Shown: one piece after another, positions 39,461 to 53,726 of the stretch
How the letters are laid out: each line of letters begins with the position of its first letter
Numbering within the stretch: position 1 is the stretch's first letter
Assembly: GCA_951406725.2 (NCBI GenBank)
Contig: OX597830.1
Coordinates: 20,956,001 to 21,020,000 of the forward strand
Direction: 5' to 3'
Source of the DNA: Octopus vulgaris
Lineage: Eukaryota
DNA length: 64,000 nt
Notes under the pieces: model-generated
What the model saw: the letters and a program-made list of their open reading frames with translations, nothing else
Database searches by the model: none
What the model was told of the DNA's origin: nothing
Made by a program: the position numbers and the translations under genes

Positions 39461-39602
39461 CACACGACCACATGCAGTTGCATATATATACATGTTATAT
39501 ACATGCATTCAATTATATACTCACATACATAACCTCTCTCTCACATACACAGACACACATAAATATACATACATACATACATATATCTATTTGCGTGTAT
39601 TC

Positions 39603-39635
<33 letters not shown>

Positions 39636-40679
39636 CACCCTGTTATGTTTTTACCGCTTTATCTGATACACGTAGAATTTGGGAGGGTGGGATCGGGGAA
39701 GGGGGTAAGGAGGCTGTAGTAGGGTTAAGCTGTTTCGATGGTGGTGGTCATGTTGACTGTCGTCTGCTGTTATGGTGGCACTTAGTGCGTTTTGCATGAC
39801 GGTATGGAGGGAGCGTTGGTATTACTAAGCATGTTCTTGTAAAGGTGATGGTACTAGTAGTAGTAGTAGTAGTAGTTAGTGATGGTGCTGCTGATGGTAG
39901 CAGTAATAGTTGTAGTGGTGGTTGTGGTATAGGTGCTAGTTCATGATAGCCGTGACAATACGGATTGTTGTTGTTGGGGGGTGGGTTGTCCGGTGAAGGC
40001 AAGGCGAAGCAGTGCCCCCGGTGAAAAAAAAAAAAAGCTGGTAGAAACAGTGTCGTGGTGGTCGTCATTTGTAGTAGTAGTAGTAGTAGTAGTGGTAGTG
40101 GTGGTGGTAGTAGCGGTGGTGGTGGTAGTGGTGTCGGTGGTTGTACGTACAACACACGTGTGTAATATGATGTCTACGGCGGCGGCGGCGGCGTGTGTCC
40201 AAAAAAATCAATCGATTATTTATAATATGAAAAGGGAGATTACCGCCGCCGTCGCCACTCCACCGGCTCCACCACCGTCGCCACTACCACCACCACCACC
40301 ACCATCATTATCATCATTGATCATTCTCTCTTCATCTCTCTTTCTTTCTGTTCTTTCTCTTCTCTTCCCCCTCCCCTCCCCGCCATTTCTTGTCTTTGAT
40401 TTTTTTTTTTTAAATATTTTTTTTTAATGATTGTTTTCTTTTGTTTTTCTTTAAGTTTTCCAATTGATATTAAGATTTTTCTTTATTTTTTTTTTCATTC
40501 TTTCTTCATTCATCTTCCACCACCCTCGCAACTCTCAACCCTCATACCACATCACACCTACCCGCAGCCGTCGCTTCCGCACACTTCCACAACCACCACC
40601 ATCACCATCCCCAAGTCCCAGATGTCGATTCCACCCCCTCCTTTCACCCTTTTCATATCTGCACACCTTGTCCTTTCAC

Positions 40680-40722
<43 letters not shown>

Positions 40723-40725
40723 CAC

Positions 40726-40771
<46 letters not shown>

Positions 40772-40855
40772 ATCTACCTGTCAGTCTGTCTGTCCCTTGG
40801 TCTATCTATCTGTCTATCTTTCTGTCTCCTGTCTATCTATCTCTATCTATCTCTC

Positions 40856-40888
<33 letters not shown>

Positions 40889-41418
40889 ATATCTATCTAT
40901 CTCTATCCACATATATGCCTCTCTATACCTGACTATTCACCGCCCTCTCTATATCTTGTGTATCTATTTATCCCTTCAACTATCCCTCTTTCAACCCTTT
41001 TCTCTCTATATATCTATCTATCAATCTGTCTTTATCTCTCTATCTTTCCCTCCCTCCTCCCATTTAAATATTCTTTTAATATTTCCTTCTTCTTTAAACT
41101 CTATCCCATCTCTCACCACCACCACAACCACCACCATCTACCTATCTACCTTTCTCCTATTCCTCTCCTCTCGTATCCCAGTCTTCCTCTTTATCTCCCT
41201 TCCCTCTCTCTCTCTATCCCTCGTTCTATTTCTTAGTCTTTCACACACCATCTACGCCAACATTCGCCCATCCAACCATCAACTTATATTAAACTCCATG
41301 TTACCTCTTATCTCTCCTCCCCTTCTTTTTTTCACTCCCTCCCTCTCTCTCCCTCTCTTTCTCCTCCATCCATCCATACTTCTCCCCCTATCCCTCCCGT
41401 GTGTCTTGACGGAAATAG

Positions 41419-41479
41419 GTCAACTGGATTTACTAGCAAGCCACTTGCTCCTATCCCATCTTCTTGTGGTCTCCTCTAC
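41419..41479 (+). CDS. Candidate 61-nt internal exon ([20 protein letters not shown])
   Basis: About 180-nt AG-free pyrimidine-rich upstream zone, acceptor GACGGAAATAG, donor TAC|GTATGT; no homology recognised. Confidence 0.3.
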
Positions 41480-42029
41480 GTATGTGCGCGCGTGTGTAAG
41501 CCATGCATACATGTGTGTGTGTGTGCGTGCATACGTATGCATGTGTCTCTCTGTATGTGTGTGTTTGTACCGCATGTTTGTGTACACACACCTTTGTGTC
41601 TTTACACGTGTCCGTGTAAACACCTTCATGTCTGCGTACATCTCAAAACACACCTTTCTGTCTACGTTATGTGTCTATATACGCACCATTATGTCTACAT
41701 ATACGGCTGTATACATACATTTGTATGTGTATATATGTATGCATGTGTGTATATATATATATATATATATACATGCACACCTTCATATTAATGTGTCTGT
41801 GTACACACCTTGTTTCTTACACGTATGACTGCGTACGCACCTTTATACATACGTGTTCTTGTGTATACACCCTAGTATCCTATGTATGTCTGTGTACACA
41901 CCTTTGTGCAACTGTGTGTATACTTTTTGTACCTTACACATCGATACCTGTATGTTATATGCATGTATATATGTATGTCTATACATACATATGCATATAT
42001 ATATACATACATATATATCATATATATAC

Positions 42030-42365
<336 letters not shown>

Positions 42366-42633
42366 CACACATACATATTTGCGCGCACACACACATACAT
42401 ACACACCTTTATGTTGTAGGTATGTATGTATGTATACACACACCTTTATATCTACACATGTGCCTGTGTATGTGTATATAAAGAGAGACAGAGAGAGAGA
42501 GAGAGACTTGTACGTTAGTGTTTGAATATACACACCTTTGTGTCTGCAAGTGTGTGTATATATACCATATGTTTGATACATTTGTGTATATGCATGCTGT
42601 TTTGTGAGAGCATGCTCTAGTGCGTATGTATAT

Positions 42634-42678
<45 letters not shown>

Positions 42679-42778
42679 CATACCATAAAGGTGTGCTATA
42701 TACATTACATGTTCTGTACGCGAAGCCCTCTAGGTGTCTGTGTACATGTGTGGTGATGTATTTTTCATTGACACATGC

Positions 42779-42817
<39 letters not shown>

Positions 42818-44278
42818 GCTTCCACTCTTTGTCAACAGCACCAGCACCACCACCCTCACCTCTTCCCTTACCCACCCACCCATCCACCGTTGCTGTGTGT
42901 TCTAGCATTCTCTCTCTGCTTTGCATCCAATGCCAGGCCGAAACCTTTAGAATATCAGACGCACACAGAGAATCGGAGAGGTTGGAGAAAGAGAAAGGGA
43001 AAGAGAGAGAGAGAGAGAGTGAGCAGTGGTTTGTGGTACTGGTGGTGGTGGTGGTGGTGGTGGTGGTGGCGGTGGTGCTGGTAGGGGAGGGTTTAATGCT
43101 GCTAGCAGAAAGTGGTTGTGTGTGTGTGTGTGTGTGTATGTTTGTGTGAGTGTGTGTGTGCAAATATACATATGGCTGGATAATTTCTGGTTATGAACTT
43201 GTGAATATGTATGGCTGTAATGTATACGAACATGTGTGTATGTATATGTATGTATATGTGCATGTATGTTTACTTATATATACATATGTATACATAAACA
43301 TGCGCACGTACAAACACACACACACATATACATATACAAACCTATATAAAATAATGTGCAAGTTGTGTGAATCTAATTATAAATATATATTATACATAGA
43401 TATCCATGTACACACACTTGTATATATATAATAGCATACATACACATTTTTTATAATCACATGTGTATATATATATGTGTGTGTGTGTGTATGTATATAT
43501 ATGTATATATACATATATATATGTATATATATTTATATATACGTATATATATCTATATATATTTATATATATGTATATATATGTATATATATTTATATAT
43601 GTATATATATTTATATATGTATATATATTTATATATATGTATATATATGTATATATATTTATATATATGTATATATATTTATATATATATTTATATATAT
43701 GTATATATATTTATATGTATGTATGTATATCTACATATAAATACATATGCATAAGTGTATATGTGTATATATACATTTTTATAAGTGTGTGTATATATAT
43801 ATATATAATGTGTGTGTGTATAAATGAAAATGAAAGGTGTGCTGGGTCCTTCTCTCCTCACCACCACCACCACATTACTACCACCTTCACAAGTGCTTCT
43901 CCTTCATCCTCTTCACTTCATCTTGCTTTGCCTCATCTCCATCCCCGCCTCACAGCCCCAACAATATCTGTGTGGTCCCTTCCTTTCCTCATCCATTCCT
44001 TCCTCTTCAGCCTCCTTCCCCCCCCCCTCGTCCTCCTCGTCCCTCTGTGGACTGTCACATCCTAAACACCCACCCACCCATGCACACCCCACTAACACCT
44101 CTCAATTCATTATTTTAGTTTATGGCCTCAAGTTTTCGTCTTTTTTGCTGTTATTGTATTTGTGTCTATAAAAAATATATGTATGTCTATTTTTTGTGTG
44201 TGTATAAATATATATAATTTTTTTGTATATATATATATATATATATTATATATACGTATATCTAAATATATAAATATT

Positions 44279-44325
<47 letters not shown>

Positions 44326-44435
44326 TTATATATGTATATATATGTGTATAAATATATGTATATATATATATATATGTCTGTGTGTATATATATGTATGTA
44401 TTATACATATATATATATATATGTATATATACGTG

Positions 44436-44485
<50 letters not shown>

Positions 44486-45884
44486 TGTGTGTGTGTATAT
44501 ATATATATGTGTTTGTGTGTATATATATGTTTGTGTGTGCATATCATTGTAGTATTTTTTTAATATATTTTTATTTATTTTCTTTACATACTAATTTATT
44601 AATTTCTTCCCTCTCCTTACTTCTATGTAAGGGGGTGGGTGGGTGCACAGAAGTCTGGTGGGTGGGGTGGGGTGGAAGATAGTAATTGTTTTTTGTGGTT
44701 GTGATGTAGACTGCTGTGGCGGTGGTAGTGGTGACAACAAAAACAAAATTGGCAGCGATGGTGGTGTTTGAAATTAATTTGTTTTGTTTTTCCTTTGGTG
44801 GTGGTGGTCGCCATGGTGGTTGTGGTGGTGGTCATGGTTGTAGCCAAGGTGTAAATATCATCAGTGTTAGTGGTGTTCACTTGATGGTGTCAGTGGTAGT
44901 GGTAGTGGTGGTGTGACTGCCAGTGGTAGTTCTAGTGGTATAGGCAGTGTTCATCCTAGTGGTGTTTCCGTGTTGTTCTTTACATGGGTCCACTTACCAA
45001 CAGCGGTATTTGTAGTAGAGGCAGTGGTACAAGACAGTGGTAATCCTTTGGCTTCTTCCTGGTGCTGCTAGCTGCATATGTATGGTATCAGTGGTGTGAT
45101 GGTTTGGTGGTTGCACTAGCGAGTGGTCAGGCATTCACTAGTTTTCATGCTTGTGAAGAATGGTTGGTTGGTCACTTGTCATGGCACTGGTATAAACAAG
45201 AAATTCAGCTGGGACAGATTTAGAAATGGTGCTGGGTATGGTTGCATACATATGTTGGTGGTAGTGGTGGTGGTGTTGGTGTTGTTGTTGTTGTTGTTGG
45301 TGGTAGTGGTGGTGGTGGTATTGGTGGCAGAGATGGCAGTAGCTGTGATGGTTAGTGGTGGTGGTGGTGGTGGTGACTGCAGTGAAGTATTATTATTAAA
45401 AACCCTTGAAAATGTGGCTGCCCTACATTGTTGTTGCCGTGGTGAGGGTGGTGTAGTGATAGCGGTGGAGGTTTGACCTGGTTAATGAGGTCTGTCTTTG
45501 GGAAGGTGGTGATGGAACCGTTCCGTTGTCCTCCTTGCTTCCACAACCACACATTGTGCATGTGTGTGTGAAGATGTATGCTCACATGCACACACACACA
45601 CACACACACACATATGTGCATGTATATGCAAATGTACACACATACACACACATACACACACACACACTCACATGCATACGTACATGCTGTCCTCCTAATT
45701 TCAGATGTGTGCCTGTCTGTGTAAGATATCCTTATTTAAGAGGAAAATTAAAAAATCAAGATGGCTGTCTTTCATTTCTTTATCTCTAACAACAACAACA
45801 ACAACAGCGATAATAGCGATAATAATAACAATAACAACAGTACAGTAAATTTGATTGGTTTCTCTTTTTGCATAGGCAAGCATT

Positions 45885-45977
45885 TATCATCTGTGTATAC
45901 ATATTGTGGACACATATTCATTACACATACATACACACATACTATATATGTATATACATGTCTACATACCTAGATAA

Positions 45978-46029
<52 letters not shown>

Positions 46030-46116
46030 TTATCTAGGTATGTAGACATGTATATACATATAGTATGTATGTATGTGTAATGAATCTGTGTCCACAATAT
46101 GTATACACAGATGATA
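45885..46116. repeat. Near-perfect palindrome (about 115-bp arms) centred on (TA)n
   Basis: TATCATCTGTGTATACATATTGTGGACAC...CCTAGATAATGTG-(TA)n-CACATTATCTAGG...GTGTCCACAATATGTATACACAGATGATA. Confidence 0.95.
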
Positions 46117-46335
46117 TATATATATGTATTTCTGTAAATGGTGGTCATAATATTTATTAGCTTAAATCTTATAAGCAATCACCATGCTTGATTAAGGTAA
46201 ATATCCTAATATTGTGGGGTGCAAGTGTTTGACAGAAAAATGTAGGGGTTGCCGTAGAGCTTATATGCCCCAATATTGCACTATTTACCTTAGTCAGTGT
46301 CCAGTGATTGCTTATAAACTTTAACCTTATAAATA

Positions 46336-46406
<71 letters not shown>

Positions 46407-46617
46407 TACAGAAGTGTAAAATTAGGCACCGTTTACCAAAATAATTGCAGAAAATATATGTGTTTAATGTGAACTTAAGAAGAAGGCATTCTCCGAAGAC
46501 CAAAAACCTCACCAGAAAATGAAATAGGATATTTTCAAAGAAATTAATTAAGTTATGAAGACAAAACAATCTATGAAAAATGTTAACTGTGGGAGTGTAA
46601 ATCATAATGACCTAACA

Positions 46618-47108
46618 AATAATAATAATAATAATAAATGCCCTGATGCAGTACCAGGCACTGGCTTTCATGGCATTTGATCATAACTGATTGCAAGTGT
46701 TATCATGTACATATTTTGTCTTGGTATAAAAGATGGGCTGCAGCAAATATTCTGCTCAATGCCACAGATTTGCTTGTCAGTTGTTTGACTGTAACCAGTT
46801 GAGCATGTCCCTTGGTGGCTGACGATATGTGCATCTCTGATCACGAGCAGAAGTAGTGGGGGAACATCAAAGCCATGTGTTGTGAGGAATTCTTTGGGGT
46901 TTGAATAATTCACCTCTGGAAACATGGGTGTTTCGTTCAACATCCTTTAAATGAATTTTCTTCAGGGACCTTTTCAGCAGGATGGGATACTTGACCTGAA
47001 GAAAATTTTAATTGGGTTCTCACCTGTTTACCTGGATACAAAATCACCATGTTGTGCACATATGGTTGTGACATATGTGCCTGGTGCACCCTTATCAGAC
47101 GGGTAGTC
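46618..47108 (-). mobile_element. Probable retroposon fragment ending in a (TTA)n tail on the minus strand; family unresolved
   Basis: Minus strand ends ...GCCTGGTACTGCATCAGGGCAT(TTA)n; balanced composition unlike the flanks. Confidence 0.4.
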
Positions 47109-47109
47109 A

Positions 47110-47755
47110 ATAAGATAAGTACCAGCTGAATACTGTGGTCGATGTAATCGACTTAGTCCTAACCCCAAATTGCTGGCCTTGTGCAAAAATATGAAACCAA
47201 TGTGATGGCACCTCTTGAGGTGGTGAGCTGGCAGAATTGTTAACATGCATGGGAGTGGCTGTGTGGTAAGAAGCTTGCATACCAACCACATGGTTCCAGA
47301 TTCAGTCCCACTGCATGGCACCTTGGGCAAGTGTCTTCTACTATAGTCTCGGGCTGACCAAAGTTTTGTGAGTGGATTTGATAGATGGAAACTGAAAGAA
47401 GCCCGTCATATGTGTGTGTGTGTCTGTGTGTCCCCCCAATATCACTTGCCAACTGATGCTGGTGTGTTTATGTCCCCATAACTTAGTGGTTTGGCAAAAG
47501 ACACTGATAGAATAAGTACTAGCCTTACAAAGAATAAGTCCTGGGGTCGATTTGCTCGACTGAATTAACATGCTAGAAAAATTCTTAGCAGCCATTTTGT
47601 CTGTTTTTACATTCTGAGTTCAAATTCCGCCAAGATTACCTTTGCCTTTCATCCTTTCAGAGTCGATAAAATAAGTACCAGCTGAGTACTGGGGTCGATG
47701 CAGTCGACTTACCCTCTCTCCCCCAACATTGCTGGCCTTGTGTCAAAATTTGAAG
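47110..47755 (+). mobile_element. SINE C copies with a nested, CpG-decayed SINE A (47250-47562)
   Basis: The SINE C head GAGCTGGCAGAATTGTTAACATGC is interrupted and resumes after a second TTAACATGC (TSD-like). Confidence 0.85.
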
Positions 47756-47954
47756 GATATGTGTTTGTACCTTTCACAAGGATTAAAACTCCACTCTAGC
47801 AAAGCAACATGATAACCACCATCGTTCAACACCAGTGTTTCTTTACCTTTGCCTGGATCAGACAGAACTTACCTGAGCTCCCCGCCCTGTTGCTATTCCT
47901 CTCTTGTTTCCAAGCAAGGTAAAGGAACATAATATTTTCACTATGGGAGCTTCC

Positions 47955-48215
47955 ATGTGTCACATGAGCAGTCATTATTCAATATATCACCTGAGTGTTG
48001 TTGCTCAATCAATGAGTACCATTGTTTGGTCAAAGAGTAGCTCTTTATATTTTTAGTTTATTTATTATTTTTTTTGCAATATATCACCTGAGTATTGTTG
48101 TTTTATAGTTCAATATGTCACCTGAGTATTAAAGCATTGTTGTTTTTTTTTTTGTCATTCAGTGTGTCACATGAATATCGTTATTATTCAATACGTCACC
48201 TGAGCATTGTTGTTG
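47955..48215. repeat. Degenerate tandem repeat with six TCAC(C/A)TGA cores
   Basis: Cores start at 47960, 47987, 48084, 48118, 48167 and 48196, in a CAATAT.TCACCTGAG..TTGTTG context. Confidence 0.85.
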
Positions 48216-48767
48216 TTGTTGTTGTTGATTGGTTGTGGTTCTTCTCATTAGAATTAATGGTAACATCATCATTAATATCGTGGCAATATTACACAGAAAG
48301 ATAAATGAGCAACGGCGGCAGTGTTAGCTCTGGTGGTGGTGGTGGTGGTGGTAGTGGTGATGGTGGTAATGCCAATAATGGTGAAGATGGTTGTTAGACA
48401 AAACTGATAATGTTGATGGTGATGATGTTGATAATCTTGTTGTTGGTGGTGGTGGTGTTGATGGTGAGGATGAAGATGTTGACTTTTTTTCTTCTTTTTA
48501 CAAAGACAGGTCTCATATTTATTAAGGAGTGAGAGTATATATATATATATATATATATTCACACACATATATATGTACATATATATATTATCACACATAT
48601 ATAATCATACATATATGCATACATACATATGTACTTATGTATGTATGTATGTATGTATTTATGTATGTATGTATGTATGTATGTATGTATTTATGTATGT
48701 ATGTATTTATGTATGTATGTATTTATGTATATATGTATGGATGTATGTATATATGTATGTATGTATG

Positions 48768-48801
<34 letters not shown>

Positions 48802-48921
48802 TGTAGTTGTGTTTGTGTGTGTATGTGTGTATTTCTGCATAAAATTTTCTTTCTGAGAGCGTTTGCCCATCAAACTTGTCAACAAGGAATGTATTGATGT
48901 GAAATTAACAAAGCATATGTA

Positions 48922-48967
<46 letters not shown>

Positions 48968-50002
48968 AACATACACACTCATACATATACACACCCTCTT
49001 CGAGAGCTATTCTGTCTTGTCACTCTCTCTCTCTCCTCATCTCCATCCAAAGCACCCACCTTCCCCAACCCGTTCCTGCCTCTTCCTTTTACCTTTTTAG
49101 TTTCTACCTTGCTTTGAAGAAATACAGCTGCTTCTTACCTTTTCATGTTTGGTGGGGTGGGGTGGGGTGAGGGTGGTGGTGGTGGTAGGGGTGTTGAATA
49201 GTTGGATTGTTGTTGGATGTTGGTGGTGATGGTAGGTGTGTGTGTGTGTTAGTTGGTGAGGTTGTATGTGTGGTGGTGGTGGTGGTAGTGGTGGTGGTAG
49301 TAGTAGTAGTGGCCGTCATAAATGGTTAAATTGGTGATGGAGGTGTGTGAATGGTTTAGTGGTAAGTTGTGGTTGGGGTGGTAGTGCATTATAGTGTGAT
49401 GGCAGTGTGGAAGAAGTAGCAGCAGTAGCAGTGGTGGTGGTGGTGGTAGTGTATGATGGTTGTGGTGATAGCAATGGTATGTGATAGTTGATGATGAGGG
49501 TGGTAGCGATAATAGTTGGTAATAGTAGTGGTGGTAGTGGCATTGGTAGTGGTGGTAGTGGTGGTAGTAATGGTTGTGTTGGTGGTGGTGGTGGTGGCAG
49601 CGTCAGCAGCAGCACCAGCAGCAGCAGCAGCAATGGTAGTTGTGATGTGTGATGGTTTATGATGTTATCTTTTGCAGCTTCCAAATTCTTAAGAAATATC
49701 ATCCTAGAAATATTTCCATTCAATTTTTAAATTTCATTTCACTCCCTTATTCTCCAAAACCTTCCTCCACCCCACCCCACCCCACCCCACTTCTGTATTC
49801 TTTAAAATTCAAGTTATTTTTTTTCTCTTTTGATTTCTCAATCTTCTCCACAATAATAATAATAATAATAATAATTTTTTTTTTCCTCTATAAAATCTTA
49901 TTTTTCTTCTTTTCTATGTTTTTGTCTTCTGACTGTTTTTCTTTTTGATTTTTGCCTTCTCTGTTTTTTTTTCCCCCCCTCAATATTTGTCGACGGATTT
50001 AG

Positions 50003-50023
50003 TTTGAAAGTGAACAGCTTTCG
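50003..50023 (+). CDS. Candidate 21-nt frame-preserving microexon (FESEQLS in phase 0)
   Basis: No AG between 49814 and 50000, branch-like CTGAC at about 49929, long poly-pyrimidine tract, acceptor GACGGATTTAG, donor TCG|GTAAAC. Confidence 0.4.
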
Positions 50024-50449
50024 GTAAACACTGGTGAATAATTGTAGTTAACATTGTGATCATTGTGCAGTTTACAACAAGGCTGTGTAGTGAACAGTGT
50101 AAGAATCTTAAATTAACATAGTGAACCTTGGACAAAATGTCTTCTATAGCCCCAGGCCAATCAAAGACTTGTAAATGGATTTGGAAGTTAGAAACTAGAA
50201 GTAAATTGTTATGTGTGTGTGTGTGTTTATACATGGGGATTCAAAAGTTGCCACACATAAGAACAATTTATTTTTTGTATAAGAAACAGTTTTTTCATTT
50301 AACTGTTTCTTATAAAGCTATAATAGAAGCCACTTAACCCAAAGTGTCACACAGTGGGACTGAACCGGGAACCATGTGGTTGGGAAGCAAGCTTCTTACC
50401 ACACAGCCACACCTGTACCTATCTACACAACCACACCTATATATATATA

Positions 50450-50513
<64 letters not shown>

Positions 50514-51082
50514 GTGTGTCTATATGTGGTACTACATGCACTGGGCTTGCCCAAGCTGAAGCAACGATCATTGGATAAGTTTCATACATATGTCGTTTGA
50601 TAAATATAGTCCTCTATTCCCTACAATATTGAGTTCTGCCTCCTTTCTTGTCCACACACGGCGTGTGTGTGTGTGTGTGTGTGTGTATGACTATATGTTT
50701 GTATTCCCATGTCTTGACAGTGTGTGATTGTTGTAAATGAATGCCATTTGTTTCCAATGTTCTGCAAAAACATATCTGGTCACAAAGAAATATTACCTTG
50801 CTGCGAAAACAGGGGGAGGTTGGCAACAGGAAAGGCATCCAGCCATAGAAAGTCTTCAATAAATGGTGAGGTGCTGTGACCACCAATTTGTTGAGAGTGA
50901 GATTGCAGGTTGTTCTTGATGTTGTTGTATAGCCTCATGTCAACCATGACCCAGTAGACTTGCGATCATGGGTCGTTCCGGCTATGACCATCTCGTGGCA
51001 ATTCATCCCACGACCAAATGGAGTGTGTTCGTGTGTGTGTGCGTGCATGCGTGTGTAAGAAATCTCAGAGTTCAGCCTTTAA

Positions 51083-52145
51083 CCCTTTCATTACCAAACC
51101 GCCCAAAGCCGCCCGAAAAAAATTTTGGTTAATGTAACCAAACCACCCAAACCCAAATGAGAATATCAGAGCAAATCTCTTTAGTACATTCATGAAAACA
51201 CGTGATTATACTTCGTAAAACAGTTCATCTACAGTTTTGTACAACAATCGAAGTGTAATTTTAATTCCGTGAATTTTGGGAGATTTTTTTCCAAAATTTG
51301 TTCCTATTGTGTTTTCAAAATTTGTAATTCTGACAAAAAATGGATACGAATTTCATTATATCAAGCAGCGAGTCAGAATTCAAGGGATTTCTACTGAAGA
51401 CGTTGATAAATCTAACTTTATGACTGGAAAAAAAAGCACTTGGTATTTGATAATGAATCTGATGTTTCAGTTTCCGAAAGTGAAAACAGTGAATCCGAGA
51501 GCTCCGACAGCGATAAAGAAAATGAATTGGCACCTGAATGGAGTGAAAATTTAAAAACTGTTTCTTTCGGTGATTTTTTTCTGAAGAAACTGGACCAAGC
51601 CACAGACTTTCTCAGGAGAGTAAAGTGATAGACTATTTCTTTTTACTTTTCCGATGAGTCTATTTGAACTCATTATGGCGGAAACGAACCATTACGCTAA
51701 ATGTAAACAAAGCGAAAGAAAGGATAGTTAGTGGTTTCCCACAACCTTAAATGAAATTAAGACTATTTTGCCATAAATATTATTATGGGTATCAGAAAGT
51801 TACCCAGAATAACAAATTCTATCGTAAAATTTTGTTGTATACCCAATTGAATATTAGCTAATAACCCATTTTCTATAGCGATGTTTGAACAAAATTTTAA
51901 TAATTTTATATTTTGTTGAATTTACCTGTATCTACCTGCAATTAGAGTCACTTTGTGACAAAAATTATAGTATAGAATTGGTTGAGAACATTTCATTAAA
52001 TTATCTTCCAAAAATCAGATTAATATATTGATAAATAAAAAAGTTGTAGTTGTTTAATGAAACCAGACTAAATTTATGATCATGTTAGAAATTAATTGAA
52101 ACACATAAGGTGTGTATTTTGGTCAGAAATATAGTAACGAAAGGG
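51083..52145 (+). mobile_element. Internally deleted piggyBac DNA transposon
   Basis: TTAA|CCCTTTCATTAC ... GTAACGAAAGGG|TTAG; contains a transposase 5' remnant. Confidence 0.9.
51340..51818 (+). pseudogene. Frameshifted N-terminal fragment of a piggyBac (PGBD4-like) transposase
   Basis: With frameshifts reads MDTNFIISSSESEFKG...acidic ESDVSVSESENSESESSDSDKE...W...GPSHRL...DYFFL...LFELIMAETNHYAK...WFPTTLNEIK...AINIIMGIRKLPRI; catalytic DDD region absent. Confidence 0.85.
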
Positions 52146-52300
52146 TTAGCAGGCTTATTACTCCTGCCACCACCTCCGCCACACCCACCAGCACAACCAC
52201 CACCACCACCTTCACCATAGCCACTGCCTTCACTTATTCTGCTAATACTTCCTATCTTCCCTCCTTCCCTTCCTCATTCCTTCATCCTCTATGTTCATTC

Positions 52301-52342
<42 letters not shown>

Positions 52343-52438
52343 TAGCATTCATTCTCCATGCAGTGCCTTGTGTATGCATATGCATATGCATTTGTAGAAA
52401 CGTGCATGAGAGTGTGCGTCTATGCGTTAATGTATGTG

Positions 52439-52473
<35 letters not shown>

Positions 52474-53134
52474 GGGAGAGTGTGTGTTGTTGGGTAAGGT
52501 AAGAAAGTGATGACTTCTTTTGTAAATGAGCTGTCTTGTCAGCTACAGGTGATACTAGGGCTGTGTGTGTGTGTGTGTGTGTGATGTGTCATTGTGACTG
52601 TTGGGTATTTATTTACACATTGAGGATTGCGGTGGTGCTGATGGTAGTTGGGTGGGTTGTTTGGGAATGATGTACATTTATACATTCACAGCAGTATCTG
52701 CATGTATATATGCATGTATGTATGTATGTATGTATGTATGTATGTTTGTATGTATGTATCTATCTATCTTTCTACCTACCTATTTGTCTATCTGTGTCTC
52801 TATCTAGCTATGTATGTGTGTGTATATACATATATGTATTTGTGTGTGCGTGTATGTATGTTAGGTGCAGGAGTGGCTGTGTGGTAAGTAGCTTGCTTAC
52901 AAACCACATGGTTCTGGGTTCAGTCCCAGTGTGTTTGTACATTTTTTTTTACTTGTTTCAGTCATTTGACTGTGGCCATGCTACAGCACCGCCTTTAGTC
53001 GAAATAATTCCCTCCCTCCACCGAACTTATTGTTTGTATGTCTAGTACTTATTCTATCTGTCTCTTTTGCTGACATAAAACACACCAAGATCAGCTGTCA
53101 AACGATGGGTGGGGGGATAAACACAGACACACAA

Positions 53135-53167
<33 letters not shown>

Positions 53168-53397
53168 ATGGGCTTCTTTTGCAATCATGGGTACTGCCAG
53201 TGTAGGTAAATGGCACTCATGCCGGTGGCACATAAATAGCACTGATTACACTCTTCGAATGGTTGGTATTAGGAAGAGAATCCAGTACAGCTCTCTGACT
53301 TACCAGTTCCAGTCACACTGTCTAACCCATGCCAGCATGGACAACGGACGCTAAATAATGATGATGTTGATGGTATATACATATATATATAATATAT

Positions 53398-53694
53398 ATC
53401 ACGTGACCGACCAGTCCATCAGATGTAGTTACACATCGCTGGTCACAATGCGTTCGCATTGTTTTAGCCTTCGAATGACGCCACCCCGCTGGCTAAGCGA
53501 GCAGGCCAACAGAAGAAAGAGTGGGAGAAAGAGTGGTGAAAGAGTACAGCAGGGATCACCACCCCCTGCCGGAGCCTCGTGGAGCTTTTAGGTGTTTTCA
53601 CTCAATAAACACTCACAACACCCGATCTGGGAACCGAAACCGCGATCCTACGACCGCGAGTCCGCTGCCCTAACCACTAGGCCATTGCGCCTCC
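53398..53694 (-). mobile_element. SINE family D, young-looking copy with an alternative tail
   Basis: Head and body close to 33660-33832 but a different 3' part (GCGGGGTGGCGTCATTCGAAGGC...GGTCACGTGAT); CpGs retained. Confidence 0.85.
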
Positions 53695-53726
53695 ACTTAT
53701 AATATATATATATATGTATATATATG

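Noticed and set aside
47866-47900. ACTTACCTG identical to the U1 snRNA 5' end
   Set aside because: Downstream sequence has no similarity to the U1 stem-loops or Sm site.
53620-53694. tRNA-like sequences at SINE heads (also 33760-33832, 55233-55300, 58815-58890)
   Set aside because: A and B boxes are present, but they run straight into SINE bodies and lack a complete acceptor stem; not tRNA genes.
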